Of a stretch of DNA of 64,000 nucleotides, positions 1-10,700 are shown piece after piece. The stretch spans positions 4,898,001 to 4,962,000 of the forward strand of contig JBHGNT010000007.1 in NCBI GenBank assembly GCA_043228905.1, read 5' to 3'. The position numbers and the translations under genes are program-made. The notes beneath the pieces were generated by a model. It worked only from the letters and a program-made list of their open reading frames with translations. It made no database searches and was not told the origin of the DNA. The stretch is from Azolla caroliniana. Lineage: Eukaryota > Plantae > Polypodiophyta. The first letter of the stretch is position 1. Each line of letters opens with the position of its first letter.

Positions 1-341
1 AACACGAACTCGATACGCCGTATCGAGTTCGTGTATAAATATTTGTATTGTATACATGAACTCGATACGCCGTATCGAGTTCGTGTTTAAAGTGTAGGTT
101 TTAAACACGAACTCGATACGCCGTATCGAGTTCGTGTTTAAAGTTTGAATTTTAAACAGAAACTCGATACGCCGTATCGAGTTTCTGTTTAAAACCTACA
201 CTATAAATAGGAACTCGATACGGCGTATCGAGTTCCTTTTTAAAATTCAAACTTTAAACACGAACTCAATACGCCGTATCGAGTTCGTGTTTAAAGTGTA
301 GGTTTTAAACACGAACTCGATACGGCGTATCGAGTTCCTGT
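1..341. repeat. Array of 7 palindromes (core ACACGAACTCGATACG-N-CGTATCGAGTTCGTGT), period 51 bp, truncated by window start
   Basis: Palindrome centres at 18, 70, 121, 172, 223, 274, 325. Arms typically extend to TTTAAA (21 bp), leaving 8-bp asymmetric cores GTGTAGGT / GTTTGAAT or their near-exact reverse complements. Confidence 0.95.
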
Positions 342-760
342 ATATAAGAAGGCTTTGAGAGAGAAAAATCGTTTAGGGGGTGGAAATGATATCAAATTGT
401 CTGGCAAAATCAGTCTTTTTTATGTTGACTTTACTTACTTTTAAAGAAATACATGCTCTAATTATAGGTGTTTTATGACCTACTTTAGCTTTAAATAGTA
501 GAAAATGATCTACAAATTGCCTTTACTATGGCAAATTCTCCTCAATATAGGTTTAGAATCTATATAAGTCATACCTACTATTTAAAAGAATATATAACCC
601 GTTTTACTTATTACGATATATATTTTCTAGGTTGAATAGCCCTGCCTATAATAGATTTTTGAATATGTTACTGCTCCTGGAAACTGTTCTTCATTATAAT
701 ATAAAACTTCAATCTACGTGACTGTCTAACTTATGTTTTTGCATATACTTTCTTAAATAG

Positions 761-3700
761 GTCGTTTGAGAACCTGTCGGACCGACCCGTGAAGAAAATT
801 AAGCTTCGCATACAAGGTTCTCCAATCGAAGCCCAGACCAAGGTAGCTCCTGAGACCATGAAGAGAGGAAAAAAGCTTCTCTTTAACGAAGAGACAAAAT
901 CTCAGCCACATAGTGATGTTAGCCAAAAGAAACTTGTCGCCGCTACTGGAGGCGAAGACCTTCCTGACCGAGATCTAACGGACAAGGAATGGTGTATGCA
1001 ATATGTCGACTCAAAGAAAAAAGTGGTATTGTATACAACAAAGAAGAAGGGTGAGGGGCAGCTTGGAAAAGAAACCCCATTTATGTATGGCCGTATTCTA
1101 CGATTTGACTACGAAGATGCAGATTCAGCCAACATACTGGTAATGATAGAGTGCTCCAAGGGGGTACGTAAAGTGTTCCTTTCAGAAGACCTTTTAGTAA
1201 AGGAATCTTGTGGGCCTGAAGTGTTCAAAAAAGCACTTGATAACTCACAAAACCTGATTGTTACCTCTAGGCCTTATATACAAGGCCATGTAACTCTAAG
1301 AGATGAAGAGCCCTCCCCCTTGAAGGCCACAAAAAAGGTATCCAAAGTCCAGTCAAGACCAGCCAAGAAGAAGACAACGAAAATGTCGGATACGGATTCA
1401 ACAAGTGAAAATGAAGAAGAGGATAATAAGGGGACGTCAGGAGCCGAGCTGGCCTCGGGTGTTTTGTCATCCGAGCAGAATAAAATAAGGAGAGAGTTAA
1501 TGCAACGGAAGCTGGTCAGGAAAGGGCAAGTATTTAATTTGCCTATAACACACATCCATCGGCCCCCTATTGATGAAAAAACAGGTCGAAGACCACTTGA
1601 GATTAGAGAGCCTCACCGCATGCATGTTCAAAATCTCAAGAAAAAAATGAAAATTAATCCTCATGCCACTGTGGTGCCTTTTATTGTTATGGTAGATCCT
1701 GAAGAATGTGAAACCATTGAAGATTTTGATATTAGAAAGCATGATCAATATAATTATTTTGTCATTGGTGGATCGCATTCAACAGAGGCACGTCGGCAAC
1801 TTGTGAGAGAACATCCAACCACTTTCTTCTTCAAGTATGCCGAGTGCAAAATTTATGTTGGGCTCACAACCGAAGAGGCTAAGCTATTGGCATGGGACCA
1901 TAATAATGATAATGAATATAGGCAGAAAATGTCGTCTATTGAGCGTATACGGTTCTTCCACCACGAGTATTTAGATGTGAAACAAAAGTTTGGTGTGAAG
2001 GTACATCCAGGCCTTCGACGTCAATGTCTGCATGAAGTCGGCATTGTGGTAGATGATAATGTTAGGTCCGATGGTCTTCGAAAGTATGAGTCTTGGTTTC
2101 AATTGGCGTTTAGAGATGGAGAAGTATGGGACCTCCAAGATCAAATCTTCTCAATGTGGGAGAATAAGGAGGTAAAGGGTCAACGACAAAAGAAATGTAG
2201 GGTTGACCCTCAACTAGAATTAAAGTCACAAGCCGCCAAGAAAATTGACTTGACAATTGAAGAAGCGACAGACGACATGAAGCTGTCTCTATGGAGAGCG
2301 ATGCAAGGTATTAAGGACGAGCAGCTTCTTGTGTCGGTTTTGTCAAGGGTTGTGGCGAAAGATTTAAGCCTTGAAGAAATGGTCACTGAGTTCAATAAGT
2401 AAGTCTTTCAAATACTGAAATTGTAGTCTATCTGGTGTAATTCAAAGTTCTAATCTTGATTTCTAATTTTACAGTCATAAGGTGTACATGAAGATCCAAG
2501 AAGTTATGATGAAACAACTTGGATGTATAACTTGGGAACAAGTGACCGAGGATTATCCTCTAACGTCTTCGTATAAGGCGTTATCAGAGTATTTTATTGC
2601 ATTCAAGGATTGGGTTAGTATTCATGTTTTTTCATTACCCTTTCATCATATGTAGAGCTTGTATAATAATACCTGATGTCCTATTGCTTCTATTAGAAAC
2701 TGTGTCGAGGCAAGAAACAAGGAGAAGTTAAGGATATACACGATTTCCCTACATCCTTCCTTGCACATCTCGAGCGAGCCAGAAAAGAAAAGGATCGTCG
2801 CTTAGTTAAGGCGTACGAAATGGAGGAAGATGGCTCGTTTAAAAAATTTAGCCACAAAAAAGATATTACGAGAGATCTTTACTACAATGTGGTTTGCGGT
2901 GATGTCATCGACTTGATCCAGAAGGTGCCAAAGAAGGAATATACGCTAATGATTGCGGATATTCCTTACGGATTTCGAATGGCTGGGTCATCATACGACG
3001 ATGAACCGTTTAGGTTTAAACAATTGGAGAAGATGGTCAAGGATTTTGCTGAGCTAACGACCGCATCCTTGTGGCGAATAGTTGTCTTTCATAGTATGGA
3101 CCAAGGGTACTCGGTAGCTCAAGCTTTGAGATCTCGTTGCCATGGCATCGAGAACCTTGCATGGTAAGGATTATTTATAGGTGTCTTTCATTATATTGCA
3201 ATTCTTAAGGTTGTTGAATCTATTCTTAACTCAATGAATTATTTTTTATAGGATCAAGACCAATGTAAATAGAGGGCCAACTTTTCGGTTCGTTAATGCC
3301 ATTGAATACATAACGGTTGGCTACTTCGATGAAATTAAAAAACAGAGAATCAAAGAGCATTCTAATGAAGTGGGAGGTTCAAATCTGTTGGTATATCCAG
3401 CAGTGACTCGGAAATTGCGACATGTCACCATGACAGAACGGGGACTTGTCAACCCATACCAAAAACCTCAACGACTTATGATGCGCTTGATCGAGATGTT
3501 TTCTGTCGAAGGAGACTGGATATTAGATCTCTTTTCTAGCACAGGTATTCCTCGAACTAGGGTAACGATCTTGAGATAACCAATCACTTTTTTTTCGTTT
3601 GACAACTAAATCTTCTTGTTACTTACATCATAGGAACTACGTCAGCATGTGCATTGAAGCTGTTTAGAAATACAGTTGCATTGGAGAAGGACGAGGACCA

Positions 3701-3986
3701 AGTTATATTTATTAATATGCGGATTAAGGCTTTGTGGGAGTGCCCAGACCAGGATGAGGAGGTCGGTGCAAAGAACCTCGCCAATACAGAAAGGTTTCAA
3801 CCTGCTTCGCGAGAGCCTATTCCTCCGTTAGCCGGCGAACCGGGGGAGCTAATAGAGCTTGATGATGAGCTTATAGAAGATATTTCGTTGGCTCGGCTAA
3901 CAGGGGAAACCAATGCACGTATAGCCGAAGACAGTTCTACACAAGATGATGAAGAAAATGACGTTGATGAATTGATTGCTATGTAA
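761..3986 (+). CDS. ParB/Srx-like domain fused to beta-class N6-adenine/N4-cytosine DNA methyltransferase; spliced exons 761-2398, 2475-2613, 2697-3163, 3252-3544, 3634-3986 (5' end uncertain)
   Basis: Four short GT-AG introns join the ORFs into one stop-free frame. ParB-like segment PFIVMV..YFVIGGSHSTEARRQL..CKIYVGLTTEEAKLLAWDHN (~1524-1955). MTase motifs in beta order: GDVIDLI, IADIPYG (motif IV, 2958-2969), WIK..AIEYITVG, NPYQKPQRLMMRLIEMFSVEGDWILDLFSSTGTTSACALKLFRNTVALE (motifs X/I/II, joined across the last intron). An acceptor at 759-760 implies an upstream exon; in-frame ATG at 858 is an alternative start. Confidence 0.85.
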
Positions 3987-4407
3987 TAGACTCTATAAAG
4001 AATATGACACTGACGATTTGTTAAGATTTCACATTATTAATACAAATTTTGGGTTTTACCTAGTGGATTCTATTCTTTATAATCATCTATATGTTTCAAT
4101 TTTATTTTTATATACTTGATTAGTAGATTTATGATATTGGTTTCACCGCGTGCATAGCTGACTACCAAACTTATGGAGAAACATGAACTAGCTTAAATGG
4201 AGGCTGATTTTGGTCCAAGCTAACCTTAACAGAACATGGCCCTATAATTGTTGCCATGACTATCCATGTTGTTATTATGGATCTTTGTCTTATATTGTTA
4301 AAACTATTATGTTTCTATTCCATTGCTGCTTAGATTGTGTAGTGTGTTGATAATGGTTCCAGTTGCGTTATCGTTCGGAGTTTGATCTTGTGTGAATCAC
4401 CTAATCA

Positions 4408-4656
4408 ATAGAGTAGATCAATTTTAAATACAGGTATGAAAGCCTAATAGGTTTGTTATTTCCACGACATTATCCTAAAGTTCACTGCCTTACATTGTGC
4501 ACAATTATATACACATATGGTTTGATCCCATATGAACAAACTGAGGAATAGATTAGATCAACTTTTAATATAAGTATTGAATACTTTAATAAGTTAGTTA
4601 TTCCAATCACTTATCCTAATGTGCACTATCCTACATTTTCCACAATTACATACATG
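4408..4656. repeat. Degenerate tandem duplication, about 140-bp unit
   Basis: AATAGA.TAGATCAA...TTATCCTAA.GT.CACT..C.TACATT.T.CACAATTA.ATACA occurs at ~4408 and ~4547. Confidence 0.6.
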
Positions 4657-4998
4657 CACGTATGGGTCAAAGTATAAATTATATCTCATTTTATTAGTAT
4701 GGATACAAGTACACCTCATATTTTTGTAAAACCTACCTAATTAATATAAGTCTTTAAGTTAGTGTTTCCCTTGTCGCACAATAGTGCCATATTGAGCCAT
4801 AGTTGAACTTTATTATGCCTACATTAACTTATCAACATGTCTAAACTTGCATGATTTCTAATGATCTCCACTCGTAGATCTATCATGTATTTTTATATTT
4901 GCAAATTCTTATCAAGTTGAGGAACATGTGATACTAGTGCATCCAATTATTGTAGAGAGGGTGTATTTTCTTCGTTTTAAGAAGATTCTACAAGTGGA

Positions 4999-6280
4999 AT
5001 GCGCAATCCTTCCACTTGTGAACGCGAACGTGTTGGCTTAAAACAGGAATTAGCAGCCATCCGAGCACAGCCCGGCATGGATGAGACACGCATCAGAATA
5101 TTGATCGAGAAACAGCGCCAACACCTCACCAAAAAGGTCGAGGAAACATTAAGTCGCAAGCCCAAGCTCCCGAATTGCATATTTTACGCACCGACACCGA
5201 GAACCGACGAAAGGAGGGCCGCGGCTTTTACAAAATGGACGAAGCCAACATACAAAACCTGCGTGCAGATTTAACCGAGGATTACCAGTCCTTGGCAAAA
5301 TCTCACACCGTGGCAATCGAGCAAATACTGGAGGACTTCAATGACGGTCAGATGCTCTTTCGCCTGGAAGCTGAAGCCTTCGAACGAGAACGACTCGCAG
5401 CCATCCCAACCAGCCCTCCAACGGCCACAGAGCAGAAGGAAGAACCTTCCAGTGAGGGGATCACGGACACGGCACAGGAGGAACTTGCCTCGGCCAACAT
5501 ACCTCCCATGGACGCCCACATGGTACCAGATCCAGTCGAAGTAGAGGTCAGCGCCCTCGAACCCACACCCCCACTAGAAGAATCAGCCGCACCTGAGGCG
5601 GACGCTCGAGAAGATATGACACCCCCAGACCAAACTCAACCCCCCCCACCGATAGTCCAACCAGACCACCCTGCCACCATCCCGGACCCCGAAAACATCC
5701 TCGACATCTTAAAAGAGGAATGAAACGAGGATCATGCCTAAAAGGCAATTTTTGTAATATTGTTAGTATTTTTGTAAGTCGTGGGTCCGACGGACAAGGT
5801 CCTGTCCCACGGGCGTGCCAGGTGTTGTCCAGAGGACAGAAATGTAAAATTAGGAAATTAGCAAATGCCGAGTCCGAGTATCACGGGCCACCGACGGCTC
5901 GGCTGTGTATTAGGGGAAATGTTATTTAAACGAGGACCAATACCTCAGAGTGGGAGAGAAGAAAAATATAGGCGGAAGCACTAGCTTAGTCCCTCGTAAC
6001 TAGATAATCTTGTAAGGTCACCGACCGTAGGCCGTGTTCTGTAATCTTTTTTCTGTCGCAGTAATATATATGATTTGTGCCCATTTTGCTCCATGTGTCT
6101 GTGCTTTGATTCATACCTATGATTTCAGCGCCGCCCATGCCTATCAAGATCTCGCTAGTGTTTTATCTCTGATCATTGTCTCTCTCACGACGCCTTTGTT
6201 ACGAGCCTTCACGTACCACGCCCTTGAATACCGATAGCCGCAGATCTATCGAAGGTGTTCACCCAAAGGAACGGGTAACA
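4999..6280 (+). mobile_element. Truncated LTR retrotransposon 3' end: frameshifted extra ORF (4999-5723), PPT (~5912-5919) and LTR 5920-6280
   Basis: GC-richer block. Purine tract AGGGGAAA directly precedes TGTTA (5920) and the block ends GGGTAACA (6280), giving a TGTTA..TAACA terminal inverted repeat. The overlapping ORFs are helical then Pro/Glu-rich. No 5' LTR or TSD seen. Confidence 0.45.
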
Positions 6281-7269
6281 AAGGTCTCCACATATTTCAT
6301 TAGGACATGCCCTAGCAATGTACTCCAGGCTAGTAGTTGCCATCAACCCTGAAAGGACATTGATTAGTTCAAGCAAGAATGGATATCCTACCACTATTGG
6401 TAAATCAATTAGAAAGTTGACATCCATTTTGAGCACCTACAAATCCCTTTCTAACTTAGCAAATGCCACATGGAGCTCTATCCTACCACCATTGGTAAAT
6501 CAAATAGAGACCTCTTATGTGGTCCTCTCAACCTTTGCAAACTATCAAGTCATGTAACTATCAAATCTCCGTTATGTTGAGACAGAACTCTCATGACTTT
6601 CGTTGCAGTTTGATGTTGTACTTAGTCACCTCTTGCACGAAAACTCAAGCACCATACACCATTACATCCCATCGAGTCATTGGTGACATACATTTAGCTC
6701 TATTCCTGTGGCCTCATAGGAATGAGCAATTATCAGTCATCAACATCTAGATTGATGTGTACGATGTCTAAACAATGATTGATCAAGGTTTCCAAGTTAG
6801 CGCCATTGACAAGCAAACACGTTGTCAAGTGGAGAGTAACATACATCTAGAAGATCAAAGGTAAAATGGAAACCAAAATATGAACAAGAATTATTGAAGA
6901 ATAAGATCAAGATCGATTAAACTAAGGAACATAGGGTCAGTACAATGCTTTTGTCCTGAAATTGGTGTTTGAAATAAACTAGGGTAAGAACCCCCCTTCT
7001 ATACATTCACAACAAAGTAATGCATGGCTATGCCTCTCATCCTACAATCATACACTTGTCAACTCTTTAGAATCTTCCACTAATGCTTGCAATAAACTTT
7101 ACCATTACATATATGTGAAGATACAAGAAACCATACAATGACGATTGGTGATCATCACACGTTCGTTGACATAGACTCACTTCTTGGGTTCCACATGGTG
7201 GACAATAATGGTGTTTGGTTGTTGGATCTCATCAAAGAATTTCTAATCAATGCAAGATGCCACTCACTC

Positions 7270-7745
7270 CAAATCTCAAGAATTGTGCTCCTTGTCGTAG
7301 ACAACCCATGTCAAACCCATTTGCTAGAGGAATAGTCAAAAGGCCAATGTCAAATTATCCATGATGATGGGCCCCCTCTACAACATAACTCTTCCCCCTC
7401 ACACATTAAAATTGTGAATATGCTCAAAGGATTTGCATATGATGATGTGGAAACCTACATGGTTGACCACTTTCATATTTTTATTGAAAGCTATTTGCTT
7501 CATATCTCAACCATTTTGCTCCTTGTCGCAAACAACCCATATAAAATACAATTAATAGTGAAACATGATCACATTCAACAATGGGAAGATGAGGTCAAAC
7601 TAGCCACAATGCTTGGCCCCTTCATAATGAAATTCTTGCTCTCTTACACACGGAAAGCATGAATGCCAACTTACACATTAAAAGTGTGAATATGTTCGAA
7701 GAACTAGGGGATGATGATATGGAAGCCTATATCATTTGACCACTC
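7270..7745. repeat. Diverged tandem duplication (~230-270 bp units) in TE debris
   Basis: TGCTCCTTGTCG.A.ACAACCCAT and ACACATTAAAA.TGTGAATATG.TC.AAG..GATGAT.TGGAA.CCTA each recur twice. Confidence 0.5.
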
Positions 7746-10700
7746 ATATATTTATAATCAAGAAGTAACTCAATTAGGTTTAGTTTAGAGGTGTCATGTT
7801 CAAAGATTGTGTAAGGTAGAAATCAATTTCAATTGGTTTAGAACCCTTGTGGTTCCATCATACTTTCACATACAACAAACTTACACTTGCCTAGGAAATT
7901 AGGCAGTAAGTGGGCATGGCAACAACCAGTGCATGTGGGCCTTCATTCAAACCATGCCACTTAATCTTATGCAACATGTTGAGAGGACATAGATCATTTG
8001 TCACTCTTCTAGGTTCTCAAAACATTATAGCATGTTCGATTCATGTTTTGAGTGTAGTATTCTTGTTTGGTGGGAAACTTGCTAACCATGTGGGGGCCAC
8101 GACAATTAAAGAATCTCATCTCACCCCTAATCATAGACTGCGAGGTCCTCTTTGGTTGCAGGTATAATTTATCAATGTATACACAATATAGATGTTGCCA
8201 TATATTTCGGTGGGATGTGATAACACACGTCATTGTGATTATTATCCTCCTCGTTGTAGTTCCTATTTTTACCCCCTAACCTAAGGCTCATTTGTGTAAT
8301 CGTACTAAGATTCTATGAGGTGAACACGACTCTATGTAATGACAATTGTGTGGGTAGGATAATACGTTCAATGGTTTGATTGGGCTTGGGAGGTGACTGG
8401 GGGTGTTGCATAGATGGTTTCTATTTAAACTTCCCATCGATTGGTCACTAATTCTCATGGTTGTGCACTTAAATTTAACATCTCTGTGCTTTTTTTCACC
8501 TAATTTGATAGACTAAGATCGATGCACGTTTGCATCAATCTTTATTGCATAACTTGTGATCTACCCAAATGTCTTACAAAATCAAATTACAAGGTTCGAA
8601 ACCTTTATAATGCCTTACAAATCAAGGCACTAGATTCTAAATCCATTTCTCTTCCTACAAAACTTGTCAATTCTTATTTCTTTAACATACTCAATAAAAT
8701 CCACGTAATCTGGACAATCATGAAATTGTAACGAAGTGCTTGAGTTGGGGTGTTTCAAATAGTGTTGTTGCATTTGGGAGTGCACATCAAAGAGAACGTG
8801 AGTTGACATTGTTTTCAAGTTTGGTGCAACATATGTGTTATAAGGTGTTAAATGTAAACCTCCATTTGAAACTCAAAATTTTGTTGTTATGTTCCTTTTT
8901 GCAATGTTTTACTTGCATGAAATGCTGCCCATGCAATTGTATAAAGTTCATGTAAAGAGTTTCTTTGAACCTTGAGAATGTACTTAAGAAGTTTTTCCAT
9001 GTCTATGGTCTCAATGGGAAGCAAGAGTATGCATATCTTTCCCACAACTAATAATATCATAAGACTAGAAGACCATTACTCATGTCACATATTTTCATTT
9101 CAATATTTAATCATTTGCCACGTATATCTAAAGTGTCTTACATAATGCACAAATATTATGTTTTGGCATTATGTTTTAGCATGCTACAGTGAAGCCAAGG
9201 TTTAAGGAGAAACTATCAATTAATTTGAAATCATAAAACCATAGGTTTAGGAGAACTTAGCATTACGTAAGGTGAGCAATTATGTAAAGCCATAGGAGAA
9301 AATATCTATTTGCACGCCCTTGGGTAAACATAACTTTAAGTGGCATTCATAGGGAGGAGTAAATAAGTTAATCTAGACTTATATAGCCATATTTTAAGGA
9401 TGTCTTATTGGTTTCAATTTTGTAGGATTAGAGATTAGATAAGCATAAGTGAAATTGTCATATTCAAAGGACAAACTACCTATTTTTGCATGCCGTCATA
9501 AAAAGATAAGTTTCTTGGATTTGGAAAGCCACGTTTTTAGGATCAATTGTTGATGTCTATGGTATTGGATAAGATGATTCAAGTGCATTATTCACAAGTT
9601 CGTTGATAAAAATAGGTTTAAGATAATCAATAAAATGAGAAGTTGCAACTTGTGGGTGTTTTTAATGGTTCATTTTAAAGGGGAAACACAAGTTGTAGGT
9701 TCTTGGAAACAAATATTTCCAAAACCCGTATTTGCCACGTGCTCTTGTATAAGATGATATAACTATAGAAGTTAATTTCTCTTGTAAATATATGAGTAAT
9801 ATATTTAGTGGAAATACAATTTATCAAGCTTGAACCCAAAACTTGAAGCATATAAACGACACACATGTTAATGTGTAACATAAGGCCATTCTTGAAACTA
9901 GGGAGAATATCAACACTCCTCATTTTATGATAATATCCACCCAATGTCTCATGCATTAAAGATAGAACATTTTTTACTTGGTCAAAACCTCACGTGCATA
10001 AAATCGTATTTATATATATATATATAGCCAGAATATTCTTCTACATAAACAATAATTCATTAAGGAGGGATGCCCTAATCACAATGTTAATTAGCTTTGT
10101 AATTCATCTAGTAATTAGCATTATGGCTATTGTTTTCATTACTATGAGAATTGAGACTAGCGGTAACGACATTAACGTATGTACTTGTAATTAACCCAAA
10201 ATATACGTTACTCCATGAAACAATTTGATTAGAAGATTGATGACTACAATAACCACCTCAATAGTTGCTCCACTGACCACTTTAATCAAACCAAGGTGTT
10301 TTTGTAATATGGTTAAGTTTATGGTTATCTTGGTATGGCTTAAATCTAAAATATATGCACTACAAACTTTCCAACTTGTTTTAGTTCAAGAACACGTGCA
10401 TTCCTAAGAATGTGGATTTCCAATTTCAATGTCCACAATGTGGGAGTGCTAAAATCAATAAGATTGCCTTGACATATGACACACCAACCACAATACGGAA
10501 ATCTTTTCTTTGACATATGTCAAAAAAACATTGGATGTCACCACCAATTTGATTGAAATAATTGATTGAAAGAAACAAGTAAAACTCTTAAATCAGAATA
10601 CACAAAGATGATGACATAGAGATAAAGTGTGTTTTCCATCGAAAGCTTCCAACCATGAGAAGTTGTTTTGATATTGCATTAAATTTGTATTTAAACAATT

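Noticed and set aside
1-341. CRISPR array
   Set aside because: Spacers are only 8-19 bp, recur and invert rather than being unique; no cas genes; eukaryotic spliced context.
4040-4945. CACTA (TAGTG) or Helitron (CTAG) 3' terminus for an element carrying the MTase gene
   Set aside because: TAGTG/CTAG occur (~4061, 4783, 4935) but without a hairpin, subterminal repeats or a matching left end; expected by chance.
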